A stretch of DNA of 64,000 nucleotides from an uncultured Bacteroidales bacterium (GCA_902776835.1 CACYRK010000027.1:12782-76781), one strand, 5' to 3'; shown: positions 8,498 to 17,906, numbered from the stretch's first letter. The notes: generated from the sequence alone by a model not told the origin. Numbers and translations are program-made.

Positions 8498-10438
8498 TTA
8501 AGACTTGTTTCTCGCCTCGAGGTCGAGGAGCGCTTGCTTGATGTGGCTGCCCGAGGCGTAGCCACCGATCTTGCCGTCGCTGTTAATCACGCGGTGGCAG
8601 GGCACCACGATGCACAGCGGATTGGCATTGTTGGCGCCTCCCACGGCGCGCTGGCTCTTGGGCTTGCCGATGCGCCGTGCCTCCTCGGCATAACTGATGG
8701 TGGTGCCGTAAGGGATGGTTTGCAGGGCCTCCCAGCATTGCTTCTGGAACGGCGTGCCGTCGGCATGCAGCGGCAGGCTGAACTGCTGGCGTGTGCCAGC
8801 AAAGTATTCGTTGATTTGCTCCACGGCATGCTCCAGCAGTGGCGAGAGGCGATTGACGGGCGTAAGATGCATCTTCTTGGCGATGTCGAAAATCTTATTC
8901 TCGATGGGCGAGAACGATATCGCCACCAGGCCGTGGTCGTCGGCGGCAATGTGGATGTCGCCCACAGGTGTGCTGATGCTCGTGTAGCACAGATATTGCG
9001 CGGTGATGCTCTTGAGTCCCTGTTGCGATGCCAGTGTGAGCATCATCTGATAGGCTTGCCCATAGTTGTTGGAGATGCTTCCGTCGAGTATGGCGTCTTT
9101 GATGGCATCCTTAATCAAGCCCACGGGCCGCGAGGGTGGCAGGTTGAACATCCTCATGATTTCCTCGCCGTCGATGGGCGGTTGGAAATTGCGCACACGA
9201 TCTTTCTCCTCGATGTCGACGAGTTTGCGCTTCACCAGGTCGAAGTTGTCTTTGAAGCGTCGCACCTTCTCCTGGTTCTTGCTGGTGATGTCGGCCTTGC
9301 ACAGCAGCATCAAGTCGTCGATGTCGTTGCCCGCGTCGAAGAGCAGGCGGCGCACCGCCGAGTCGGTCACCTCGTCCTCCACCAGGGCGATGGGTCGCAT
9401 GTGCAGCCCCACGAGTTTTTTCACATATTTCATGTGCTCGTTCAGCGGCAGTCGCATCTTGCCGAAGATCCTCGGCACCATCTTTTCGCCCACAAAGTTG
9501 TGGTTGTGGAAGGTCCAGCCCTGCGTGGCGTCCCAGCGCTTGGTGGTGGGCTTGCCGATGTCGTGCAGCAGGGCGGCCCAGCGCAGCCACTCGTTGTCGC
9601 TGGCGGCAGCCACGTTGTCGAGCACCTGCATGGTGTGCAGGAAATTGTCCTTGTGGCCGCGGCCATGGCTGGTGTCCACGCCCTTAAGCGCGTCGAGTTC
9701 GGGGAAGATGAGTTTTAGCAAGCCACACTGCTCCAGCAGCACGAAGCCGCGCGAGGGCTGCGGCGCGCGCATAATTTTCATCAACTCGTCGGCTATGCGC
9801 TCGCGCGTGATGATGGCGATGCGCCCAGCATTGCGCGCGATGGCCTTGAAAGTGTCGGGAAAGATGTCAAAGCCCAGTTGCGTGGCAAAGCGCACGGCGC
9901 GCATCATGCGCAGCGGGTCGTCGCTGAAGGTGATGTCGGGGTCGAGCGGGGTGCGTATTGTTTTGCGGCCGATGTCGCCCAGGCCGTCAAAGGGGTCAAG
10001 AAGCGCGCCGAAGTTGTCGGCATTGAGCGCGATGGCCATGGCGTTGATGGTAAAGTCGCGGCGATTCAGGTCTTCCTCGAGCGTGCCGTCCTCAACGATG
10101 GGGTTACGGCTCTCGCGGCGATAACTCTCGCGACGAGCACCCACAAACTCCAGTTCCAGGCCGTCGCGCGTCTTGACCTGCGCTGTGCCGTAGGTTTTGA
10201 ATATCGACAGATGCGCATTCTTGCGGCCATAGTGCTCGGCAACAGCCTTTGCCACCTCGATGCCGCTGCCCACCGTCACAAAGTCCATGTCCTTGCTCGG
10301 GCGCTCCAGGACGATGTCGCGCACATAGCCGCCAACCACGTAACACTCGCGGTGCATCGTGTCGGCAACGTCGCCTACCGTGCGGAACACCGGCTGGTCG
10401 ACATGAGCCATTATCTTGTCGTGTAGTTTTGCGTCCAT
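8498..10438 (-). CDS. Fusion protein: CCA-adding tRNA nucleotidyltransferase / poly(A) polymerase-family with HD domain (N, ~480 aa) + methylated-DNA-protein-cysteine methyltransferase Ogt/MGMT (C, ~167 aa)
   Basis: N-terminus ECYVVGGYVRD...DMDFVT...RRDFTINA (pol-beta NTase), HDIGKP (HD). The C-terminal 167 aa form a full MGMT with active-site IVVPCHRVI. Single uninterrupted 646-codon ORF. Confidence 0.8.
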   Translation of the reverse strand: MDAKLHDKIMAHVDQPVFRTVGDVADTMHRECYVVGGYVRDIVLERPSKDMDFVTVGSGIEVAKAVAEHYGRKNAHLSIFKTYGTAQVKTRDGLELEFVGARRESYRRESRNPIVEDGTLEEDLNRRDFTINAMAIALNADNFGALLDPFDGLGDIGRKTIRTPLDPDITFSDDPLRMMRAVRFATQLGFDIFPDTFKAIARNAGRIAIITRERIADELMKIMRAPQPSRGFVLLEQCGLLKLIFPELDALKGVDTSHGRGHKDNFLHTMQVLDNVAAASDNEWLRWAALLHDIGKPTTKRWDATQGWTFHNHNFVGEKMVPRIFGKMRLPLNEHMKYVKKLVGLHMRPIALVEDEVTDSAVRRLLFDAGNDIDDLMLLCKADITSKNQEKVRRFKDNFDLVKRKLVDIEEKDRVRNFQPPIDGEEIMRMFNLPPSRPVGLIKDAIKDAILDGSISNNYGQAYQMMLTLASQQGLKSITAQYLCYTSISTPVGDIHIAADDHGLVAISFSPIENKIFDIAKKMHLTPVNRLSPLLEHAVEQINEYFAGTRQQFSLPLHADGTPFQKQCWEALQTIPYGTTISYAEEARRIGKPKSQRAVGGANNANPLCIVVPCHRVINSDGKIGGYASGSHIKQALLDLEARNKS

Positions 10439-10450
10439 AATTGTTGTGCT

Positions 10451-10876
10451 TTAGTGTCGGTTCAGTTGGCAATGCTGGCACACGCCCTTTATTACGTACT
10501 CCGCCTCTTCGACGGCAAAGCCGTTAGGCACCGGCACTGTGGGGATTTCGACGTTCGGCAGGCAGTAAGTGCGGTGGCACACGCGGCAACTCAGGTGCAC
10601 GTGGCCGTGGTGATGGCCGCTGTCGTCGCAGTGACACACGCAGTATTTTTGCGAGCCCGAGCCGTCGTCGAGTTCGTGGATCAGTCGCGCTTCTTTCAGC
10701 ACCACCAACGTGCGGAACAGCGTTGAGCGGTCGACCGTCGGCAGTGCCGTCTCGAGGTCGCTAAGCGCAAACGGGTGCGTGAAACCCCGCACCTCGCGCC
10801 ACACCATGATGCGCACCGCCGTGGCGCGGATGCCCGCCTCGCGAAGCGTCTGTTCAGATGTCATTTCAACATTCAT
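10451..10876 (-). CDS. Fur-family metalloregulator (Fur/Zur/PerR type)
   Basis: Start moved to ATG 10876 (MNVEMTSEQ...) because the upstream extension runs through the promoter box. wHTH N-half, then CVCHCDDSGHHHGHVHLSCRVC...CQHC metal sites. The stop is 12 nt upstream of the CCA/MGMT start, so probably an operon. Confidence 0.8.
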   Translation of the reverse strand: MNVEMTSEQTLREAGIRATAVRIMVWREVRGFTHPFALSDLETALPTVDRSTLFRTLVVLKEARLIHELDDGSGSQKYCVCHCDDSGHHHGHVHLSCRVCHRTYCLPNVEIPTVPVPNGFAVEEAEYVIKGVCQHCQLNRH

Positions 10877-10893
10877 AATCTTAATTTCTATCG

Positions 10894-10901
10894 CAAAATT
10901 A
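10894..10901 (-). promoter_or_regulatory. -7 promoter box (TAATTTTG) for the fur-family / CCA-MGMT operon
   Basis: Exact TAnnTTTG on the minus strand, 17 nt upstream of ATG 10876. Part of a 27-nt block mirrored at 11021..11049. Confidence 0.5.
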
Positions 10902-10950
10902 GTGCAAGTTGAGCGAAATGCCAAATTTATTTGAGCATTTCCGAAACGCA

Positions 10951-10984
10951 GCCTAATTTCGTCATAAAAACGGCGAAATTAGGC
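10951..10984. promoter_or_regulatory. Perfect 11-bp-arm inverted repeat in the fur / eptA-like divergent region
   Basis: gcctaatttcg (10951..10961) and cgaaattaggc (10974..10984), with a 12-nt spacer. Confidence 0.5.
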
Positions 10985-10999
10985 GGCGCCTCGGAAACA

Positions 11000-11019
11000 A
11001 AAATGTGCGAGCACATTTT
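11000..11019. promoter_or_regulatory. 20-bp palindrome AAAATGTGC-GA-GCACATTTT, candidate operator over the -33 region of the eptA-like promoter
   Basis: Perfect 9-bp arms, 20 nt upstream of the TAATTTTG box at 11040. A Fur-family regulator is encoded divergently. Confidence 0.4.
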
Positions 11020-11039
11020 GTATTTCGCTCGGTTTGCAC

Positions 11040-11047
11040 TAATTTTG
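11040..11047 (+). promoter_or_regulatory. -7 promoter box (TAATTTTG) for the eptA-like gene
   Basis: Exact TAnnTTTG but only 8 nt before ATG 11056. Either the mRNA is leaderless or the true start is downstream. Confidence 0.35.
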
Positions 11048-11055
11048 CAAGCAAA

Positions 11056-12840
11056 ATGAGAGGAATTAATAAAGTGTGGAAATGGCTTGGCGAGCGTTTG
11101 CGTGAGTGCGGGCGCGAGTGGTGGTTTATCGTGGCGTTTATGGTGCTCGACAACTACATCTCGTATCATTCGCGTGAGTTCACCGGGTCGTGGCTGGTGT
11201 TGCGACAGTCGCTGAGCGTGAGTTGCGTGCTGGCCTGGCTGCTGGTGATGCTCTACACGTCGTGCCGCGCCATGCGTTGGCTCAAATGGGTCGTCTATGC
11301 TGCCATGGTGGTGATTTTCGCAACCGAGGGCTTCTTGTGGCGCACATTCCACACCTTCCTTACACCGGCTATATTTACGCTGCTTGGTGAAACCACCGGC
11401 AGCGAGAGCAGCGAGTTCCTCAAGACGTTTGCCCTGGCCATGCCCGGAGTGAAAACCGCTGTGACGGTTCTCGCCGCCGGGGCGATGATTGCTGTGGGCG
11501 AGTGGCTGTCGCCGCGCATCACACGCGCCGTTACGCGCCGCCGCTGGCTCATGGCTTTGGCATCGTTGGCGATGCTGGGTGTGGTGGTGCTGGGCGTGCG
11601 CAACATTGTGCGCAATGCGCAGCAGTGTGCCTCCGGAGCCTCGTTGCAAGACACGATGGTGGTGAATGAGGGGCGCGTGAACACCTACGACAGTAGCGAG
11701 CGCATTGCGCGTGCGATGTACATCCTGCGGCTTCAGCGCGACGAGGTGACGCACTTCATGGCACTCTCGGGGCAGGTGAACCGTAACGTGGCGTGTACTG
11801 CCGACGCCGACCTGTGCCTGGTGGTCGTGGTGGGGGAGAGTTACAACAAGCACCACGCCGCAATCTATGGCTATCTGTTGCCCACCACGCCGCATATGGC
11901 CGCGGCGCGCGACAGCGGGGCCCTCGTTGCGATGACCGACGTCGTGGCACCTTACAACACCACGAGTCTGACAATGAAAAACATGTTCAGTTGCAACTCA
12001 TTAGGCGCGGGCGAGCGGTGGAGCGACTATCCGTTCTTCACCACGCTGTTCAAGAGCGCCGGCTACCATGTGTACTATTGGGACAACCAACTCGTGGAGC
12101 ACAAGGCTGGGCAGTTGCACACGTGGGACCTGGCGTTGAGCGCCATTTTCCACAATCCGGCCATCGACAGCCTGAGTTACAGTGCGAGCAACGCTCACCC
12201 ATTTACCTACGATGCCGACCTGGTCGCCGACTTTGCCGCGCACCACGGCAACGACTTGGCTCAAGGCCGCAACCTGGTGGTGTTGCACCTCATGGGACAG
12301 CACGTGAGTTACAGCGACCGATATCCCGATTCGTGTGCCCACTTCACTGCCACCGACGTGCGCCGCAACGAGCCTTACATAACACCCCAGGCACGACAGA
12401 TCATCGCCAATTACGACAATGCCACGCTCTACAACGATGCCGTGTTGGGCGAGATTTTCGACCTTTTCGCCACACGCAACGCCGTGGTTGTGTATCTTGC
12501 CGACCATGGCGAGGAGGTGTATGACTACCGCGACTTCCTGTGGCGCGACCATGCGCTCACCCGCACGCCGTTGATGACAAAGCACGAAAATGAGGTGCCG
12601 CTGGTGCTGTGGTTCTCGCCGGTGTATCGCCAGCGCCATCCCGACGCCGTGGCGCAGGCCCAGGCATGCAGCGCGCGTCCGGTGAGCACCGATGCCTTGG
12701 CGCAACTTATGCTCGGCTTGGGGCATATCGGCACTACCTACTACCGCGCGCCCTACGACCCTCTCAGCGGCAGTTTCACGCCGCAGCGCCGCCTCATCTT
12801 CGACACCATCGATTACGATGCCTTGATGCGTAAGCAGTAG
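11056..12840 (+). CDS. Phosphoethanolamine transferase (EptA/LptA-like, sulfatase-fold) membrane protein
   Basis: Hydrophobic N-terminal ~190 aa; VVVVGESYNKHH and HLMGQHVSYSDRYP match the GES nucleophile region and HxxGxHxxYxxRYP motif of PEtN transferases. The start at ATG 11056 is uncertain (promoter box only 8 nt upstream). Confidence 0.7.
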   Translation: MRGINKVWKWLGERLRECGREWWFIVAFMVLDNYISYHSREFTGSWLVLRQSLSVSCVLAWLLVMLYTSCRAMRWLKWVVYAAMVVIFATEGFLWRTFHTFLTPAIFTLLGETTGSESSEFLKTFALAMPGVKTAVTVLAAGAMIAVGEWLSPRITRAVTRRRWLMALASLAMLGVVVLGVRNIVRNAQQCASGASLQDTMVVNEGRVNTYDSSERIARAMYILRLQRDEVTHFMALSGQVNRNVACTADADLCLVVVVGESYNKHHAAIYGYLLPTTPHMAAARDSGALVAMTDVVAPYNTTSLTMKNMFSCNSLGAGERWSDYPFFTTLFKSAGYHVYYWDNQLVEHKAGQLHTWDLALSAIFHNPAIDSLSYSASNAHPFTYDADLVADFAAHHGNDLAQGRNLVVLHLMGQHVSYSDRYPDSCAHFTATDVRRNEPYITPQARQIIANYDNATLYNDAVLGEIFDLFATRNAVVVYLADHGEEVYDYRDFLWRDHALTRTPLMTKHENEVPLVLWFSPVYRQRHPDAVAQAQACSARPVSTDALAQLMLGLGHIGTTYYRAPYDPLSGSFTPQRRLIFDTIDYDALMRKQ

Positions 12841-12946
12841 GCCGAAACGCTGTGTACACTGGTAAAAACCTCACCAAAAACCACACAAAGTTTCTCATAA
12901 ACAAGCGTGAGAAGCAAAAAATTTGTCTTATTTGAATTATTTATTA

Positions 12947-12954
12947 TATCTTTG
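12947..12954 (+). promoter_or_regulatory. -7 promoter box (TATCTTTG) for the lipoprotein/pldA genes
   Basis: Exact TAnnTTTG, 37 nt upstream of ATG 12992. Confidence 0.5.
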
Positions 12955-12991
12955 TGCCATTATTAACGGCATTGGCTTATTTTTTTATAAT

Positions 12992-14041
12992 ATGCGATCG
13001 TTTAGTATTAATTTGCTATTAGTTATTGGCGCTTTGTTTTTACTCACGTCGTGCGAGGACGAAGAGCCTACCGTGAAACGTCGTGGCGAGCGCCAAATAT
13101 TGGTGCTTACTTCCGAGGGTCACATTTATGACTATATTGGGGATAAAATCATGGAACTTCCCAACTGCGAGTATGCCAGTGAGATTATCAGTGACGGTGA
13201 CGACTATTTTGTGTCGGGTAAAAGCACCAAGGACAAGGTTGGGTACTGGAAAAACGGCAAGTGGAACACGCTACACGTCGATTTTATCGAAAACGTAAGC
13301 CACGAGACTCAAGGCATTGGCAAGTGGGACTCTTACATCTACCTTTACGACCCTCCTTATGTGTTGAAAAACAGCGGTATGTTCCCTCTTGATGATTGTG
13401 AGAATTTCAACGCTTCGAGTCAGTGCATTTCAGTCAGCAATGGCAAGTGTTATCTTGCTGGAATGGACTATCATGGAGAGGATCCCAGCGATGCCGTTCT
13501 CTACTATGAGTACAAGGGAAGGTATGCCAAAGCCATACTTCCCAAGCCCAATGAAAATGTGAGTGCACATGCCACGTCAATTTTTGCCTACAACACCGAC
13601 CACACCATCGTGGGTGGCCATGTTGGCACCGAGCCGTGTATCTGGGTTGACCAGCAGTTGCAAGTGCTGCCACGCACTTTTGACTTTCCGCTGCCAGCCC
13701 ACGGACTTGCGGTTGGGCACGTGAGTTCGACCGCTTATCTTAATGGACACATCTATGCCTGTGGCTATGAGGAAGATGAAGAGGGCAATATGCATGCTAT
13801 TTTGTGGGTTGACGGTGTGCCACAGCACCCACTGACACCCCGTCCGCAGAGGATACGTTGGTCATTTGCTGAGGAATTGATAGCCTACGGCGACGACTTG
13901 TATATGCTCACTTTTGAGTGTTACGATAATGAAAACGCCGATGATGGTAACGATTTCGAAATCGACATCTTGATATGGATGAACGACCGGGTAATCGCCC
14001 GGTTCCAACGTATCGACATTGTGAATTTCACGGTGGTTTGA
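12992..14041 (+). CDS. Hypothetical lipoprotein
   Basis: MRSFSINLLLVIGALFLLTSC lipobox at ATG 12992. No family recognised. Confidence 0.6.
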   Translation: MRSFSINLLLVIGALFLLTSCEDEEPTVKRRGERQILVLTSEGHIYDYIGDKIMELPNCEYASEIISDGDDYFVSGKSTKDKVGYWKNGKWNTLHVDFIENVSHETQGIGKWDSYIYLYDPPYVLKNSGMFPLDDCENFNASSQCISVSNGKCYLAGMDYHGEDPSDAVLYYEYKGRYAKAILPKPNENVSAHATSIFAYNTDHTIVGGHVGTEPCIWVDQQLQVLPRTFDFPLPAHGLAVGHVSSTAYLNGHIYACGYEEDEEGNMHAILWVDGVPQHPLTPRPQRIRWSFAEELIAYGDDLYMLTFECYDNENADDGNDFEIDILIWMNDRVIARFQRIDIVNFTVV

Positions 14042-14077
14042 TTTTGTTAAACTGATAACACAAAAACAATAATAGAG

Positions 14078-14923
14078 ATGAAACTTTTTAGAATTGTCAT
14101 TATCATGGTCCTTGTTGGTGTCGTGTGCCCATTGCAGGCGCAAATAACCACCATAGGCGGCGATGAAGAGAAATTCAATGTTGATAGTATCATTAAAGAC
14201 TTAGACAGCCGTCCGTTCTTTGGCATCTACAAAGACAATTATTTCGCGGGCGGTACGGCTTTGAACCACAAGCCGACCGAGTACAACAGCGACGTGAAGT
14301 TCCAAATCAGTTTCCGCCAGCGTTTAACCAAGTCGGTATTGCCTCTTCACAGTTACATTTTCTTGAGTTACTCTCAGAAAGCGATGTGGAATGTGTTTGA
14401 GGAGTCGCTGCCATTCCATGACCTGAACTTCAACCCCGGTATTGGTGTGCAGGCCCCAATTTTCAATAAAGGGCGCTTGATAGGTAATGGCTTGATTATG
14501 TTTGAGCATGAGTCTAACGGCCGCGACGGTGAGGCCTCACGCAGTTGGAATAAAATCTCGTTTGCCGCTTCGGCTTATATCGACCCACGTCTGATGGTGC
14601 ACGCCAAGACGTGGATCCCTATCATCGACGGTCAGCAGAACAAGGACATCCTAAAGTATAACGGTATCTTCCAAACTGGTGCTCAGTTCCTTTCAAAGAG
14701 CAGGCGATGGGTGGCCGATGTGACCCTTGTCAAGCGTCAGGGTTGGAATTTCAACTTCAACACCATTATTAACGTGGGCTTCCGCATCCGCGAGCAGGAC
14801 AACCAGTTCTTGATGCTCCACTTCTACGACGGATACGGCGAGAACCTGCTCGACTACAACAAGCATCATTGTCGCCTGAGGGTGGGTCTGCTCATTCGCC
14901 CATCGTTCTTCAGCGACTTCTAA
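14078..14923 (+). CDS. pldA: Outer-membrane phospholipase A (OMPLA)
   Basis: Signal peptide; catalytic FEHESNGRDG...SRSWN (His-Ser...Asn triad region of OMPLA). Confidence 0.8.
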   Translation: MKLFRIVIIMVLVGVVCPLQAQITTIGGDEEKFNVDSIIKDLDSRPFFGIYKDNYFAGGTALNHKPTEYNSDVKFQISFRQRLTKSVLPLHSYIFLSYSQKAMWNVFEESLPFHDLNFNPGIGVQAPIFNKGRLIGNGLIMFEHESNGRDGEASRSWNKISFAASAYIDPRLMVHAKTWIPIIDGQQNKDILKYNGIFQTGAQFLSKSRRWVADVTLVKRQGWNFNFNTIINVGFRIREQDNQFLMLHFYDGYGENLLDYNKHHCRLRVGLLIRPSFFSDF

Positions 14924-14977
14924 TGCCGCACTCATAACGCGCAAAGCATCGTTTTTGCTGCTGTGCGACTTTTTAAT

Positions 14978-15085
14978 GCGAATTTCGCGAATTACAAGAA
15001 TTATCCTGCTGAATAGCAGTTGGTTAATTCAAATAATTCGCGAAATTTGCGTTTCTCAGCCCAAATATAATTCGCGATATTTGCG
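14978..15085. promoter_or_regulatory. Three copies of a 16-17-nt motif AATTCGCGAWATTYGCG upstream of the rho promoter
   Basis: 14978..14993 (inverted: gcgaatttcgcgaatt), 15035..15051 (aattcgcgaaatttgcg), 15069..15085 (aattcgcgatatttgcg). Confidence 0.5.
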
Positions 15086-15145
15086 TTAAAATCAGCATTA
15101 AAACGCTTTTTTTGCTTTTTTTTTTGGTATTTGAGAGAATAGTTG

Positions 15146-15153
15146 TAATTTTG
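15146..15153 (+). promoter_or_regulatory. -7 promoter box (TAATTTTG) for rho, implying a ~245-nt leader
   Basis: Exact TAnnTTTG, 251 nt upstream of ATG 15405, preceded by a T10 run (15116..15125). Confidence 0.5.
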
Positions 15154-15404
15154 CACAAGATTTTTGGCACGAGGCCTAATAAATCGCGGCACTGAGGTCG
15201 CGAGCCAGGTGCCAAGCGGAAACCGATAATCATTATTCCTTATTCACTTTAATGCGCTCGCTGAGCATGGAATGCTCACAGGGCATGAATTTTCAAAATC
15301 ATTTTTCTTGGGTCCGTTTCAGGACTTGGCTGCACCAATGATGGCTCATTGCGCCACGATGCGGCAGACGTATTTTACAATGAATTTATATTTTAATAAT
15401 CAAT

Positions 15405-17474
15405 ATGTACAACATTGATGAATTAAATGCGATGGACGACGCGCAGTTGCGTGGCGTCGCTCGCGATATGGGATTGAAAAATGTCGACAGTGTCGACAAA
15501 AGCGACTTAGTGTATCAGGTTATTGACCAGCAGGCTGAGGACAGCGCAAAGAACGCTCCTGAGGAGGAGCCGCGTCCTCGCCGTGAGCGCACTCGCCGTG
15601 GCGCTAAGTCGGCAAGCAAAAAGACTGAAGAATCAAAGGCCGCCGCCGAGGCTCCTGCCGAAGCACCGGCCGATCAGCCCGCCAAGGACGAGGCACCGGC
15701 ACAACCTGTCAAGCGCAAGCGCGGCCGCCCCTCGGCAGCCGAGAAGAAGGCGCGTGCCGAGCAAGAGAAGCAGGCCCAGGAGGCAAAAGCGGCACCTGAA
15801 CAGCCTGCCGAGCAACCGGCCGAAGCGCCGGCAGCCGAGCAGGAAGCCAAGGTGCAGCCCGCGGCTGAGGCACCGGCAAAAAGGCGCCGTGGACGCCCAC
15901 GCAAGAATGCCGAGAAAGCCGAGGCACCAACGTTGTTCGATGCCGAGAAGACTGAACCGGCGCCCGCCGAGGCTCCCGCTGAGACACCACAGCCCGAGCC
16001 CGAGGCTGAGACGCAGCCCGCTACGGAAGCCGAGGCTCAGCCTGCCCCGCAGCCCGAGGCTCGCAACGAAGCGCCCATGCAGGCCGAAGAAGTGCAGACG
16101 CGCCAGTCGCTCTCGCTGAACTCATTCTTCAACACCGGAGCACAGACCTTCAAGCCGCGCACCCAGCAAGAGCGTGAGGCCGCCGCACGACGCGCCGCCG
16201 AGGAACGCCGACGCGCCGCCGAGGAGGCTGCCAAGGCTCCCATCATCATTCAGGAGCCCAAGGTGGAGAAGCAGAAGAAGAAAAAGAAGAAAAACAACCA
16301 GCCCGTCGAGGCCGCAGTGCCCGAAACACCTTATGCCGACATGCCTTACAACTTCGAGGGCATCCTCGACAGCATAGGTGTGCTCGAGGTGCTTTCCGAC
16401 GGTTACGGCTTCTTGCGCTCGAGCGATTACAACTACCTCAATTCGCCCGACGATGTCTACGTGTCGGCACAGCAAATCAAGAACTTTGGCCTCAAGACGG
16501 GCGATGTGGTCGAGGGCTACATCCGTCCGCCGCACGAGGGCGAGAAATACTTCCCGCTGTGCTCAATCAACTATATCAACGGCCGCTCGCCGGAATTTGT
16601 TCGCGACCGCGTGCCATTTGAGCACCTTGTGCCTCTGTTCCCCGACGAGAAGTTCGACCTGGTGAGCAAACTGCGTCCCACCATCTCGCAGCGTGTGGTC
16701 GACATGTTTGCACCCATCGGCAAGGGTCAGCGCGGCCTCATCGTGGCGCAGCCCAAGACGGGTAAGACCATCCTGCTCAAAGACATCGCCAACGCCATCA
16801 GCGAGAACCACCCCGAGACCTATATGATCATCCTGCTCATCGACGAGCGCCCCGAGGAGGTCACCGACATGGCACGCAGCGTAAATGCCGAGGTCATCGC
16901 CTCGACATTCGATGAGCCTGCCGACCGCCACGTGAAAATCGCCGACCTCGTGCTCTCGAAGGCCAAGCGCATGGTGGAGTGTGGCCACGACGTGGTGATT
17001 TTGCTTGACTCTATCACTCGCCTGGCACGCGCCTACAACACCATCGCCCCCGCCAGCGGCAAGATTCTCTCGGGTGGTGTCGACGCCAACGCCCTGCAGC
17101 GCCCCAAGCGCTTCTTCGGCGCGGCGCGCAACATCGAGAATGGCGGCTCGCTCACCATCATCGCAACTGCGCTGATCGACACGGGCAGCAAGATGGACGA
17201 GGTGATTTTCGAGGAATTCAAGGGCACTGGCAACATGGAGTTGCAACTCGACCGCAAGTTGAGCAACAAGCGCATCTTCCCCGCCGTCGACGTGATGGCT
17301 TCGAGCACGCGCCGCGACGACCTGCTGCTCAACCAAGACGTGCTCAACCGCATGTGGATTATTCGCCGCTTCCTGAGCGACCGCACCAGCGTCGAGGCGA
17401 TGGAGTTTATCAAAGAACGCATGGAGCGCACCCGCACCAACGAGGAGTTCCTGCAGAACATGCAAGAGCGATAA
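15405..17474 (+). CDS. rho: Transcription termination factor Rho with long N-terminal low-complexity insertion
   Basis: Rho_N ([24 protein letters not shown]), CSD-like RNA-binding domain ([14 protein letters not shown]), Walker A (AQPKTGKT), and conserved C-terminus. Confidence 0.97.
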   Translation: MYNIDELNAMDDAQLRGVARDMGLKNVDSVDKSDLVYQVIDQQAEDSAKNAPEEEPRPRRERTRRGAKSASKKTEESKAAAEAPAEAPADQPAKDEAPAQPVKRKRGRPSAAEKKARAEQEKQAQEAKAAPEQPAEQPAEAPAAEQEAKVQPAAEAPAKRRRGRPRKNAEKAEAPTLFDAEKTEPAPAEAPAETPQPEPEAETQPATEAEAQPAPQPEARNEAPMQAEEVQTRQSLSLNSFFNTGAQTFKPRTQQEREAAARRAAEERRRAAEEAAKAPIIIQEPKVEKQKKKKKKNNQPVEAAVPETPYADMPYNFEGILDSIGVLEVLSDGYGFLRSSDYNYLNSPDDVYVSAQQIKNFGLKTGDVVEGYIRPPHEGEKYFPLCSINYINGRSPEFVRDRVPFEHLVPLFPDEKFDLVSKLRPTISQRVVDMFAPIGKGQRGLIVAQPKTGKTILLKDIANAISENHPETYMIILLIDERPEEVTDMARSVNAEVIASTFDEPADRHVKIADLVLSKAKRMVECGHDVVILLDSITRLARAYNTIAPASGKILSGGVDANALQRPKRFFGAARNIENGGSLTIIATALIDTGSKMDEVIFEEFKGTGNMELQLDRKLSNKRIFPAVDVMASSTRRDDLLLNQDVLNRMWIIRRFLSDRTSVEAMEFIKERMERTRTNEEFLQNMQER

Positions 17475-17480
17475 TCACAC

Positions 17481-17906
17481 ATGGCGAGAATCTTGGGCAT
17501 AGACTACGGACGCAAGCGCACCGGCATTGCTGTGACCGACACGCAGCAAATCATTGCCGGAGCGCTCGACACCGTGCCCTCGCACACCGTCGTGAAATTT
17601 GTCACCGACTATGTGGCGCGTGAGCCCGTCGAGACCATCGTGGTGGGACAGCCCTCCCAACTCAACGGCCAGCCCAGCGAGAGCATGCGTTACATCGAGC
17701 CCTTCGTGGCTCAGTTGCGCAAGGCGTTGCCACAGATCAACATTGTGATGTACGACGAGCGCTTCACCAGCACGCTGGCACATCGTGCGATGATTGATGG
17801 CGGAATGAAGCAGAAAGACCGACGCGACAAGAGCCGCGTCGACAGCATCGCCGCCACTATCATCCTCAACGACTATCTTGAGAGCCAGCGTCTTACAATT
17901 GGCTAA
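17481..17906 (+). CDS. ruvX: Holliday junction resolvase-like / pre-16S rRNA nuclease RuvX (YqgF)
   Basis: MARILGIDYGRKRTGIAVTD... typical YqgF N-terminus; 141 aa. Confidence 0.9.
   Translation: MARILGIDYGRKRTGIAVTDTQQIIAGALDTVPSHTVVKFVTDYVAREPVETIVVGQPSQLNGQPSESMRYIEPFVAQLRKALPQINIVMYDERFTSTLAHRAMIDGGMKQKDRRDKSRVDSIAATIILNDYLESQRLTIG

Noticed and set aside
8474-9718. 414-aa + strand ORF, plus several R/P-rich ORFs, over the CCA/MGMT gene
   Set aside because: These are antisense or alternative frames of a gene with NTase, HD and PCHRV motifs.
15523-16119. 198-aa alternative-frame ORF (R/P/S-rich) and minus-strand ORFs within the rho insertion
   Set aside because: They are a by-product of the GC-rich, repetitive codons of the low-complexity Rho insertion. 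The rho frame is continuous from Rho_N to the ATPase domain.
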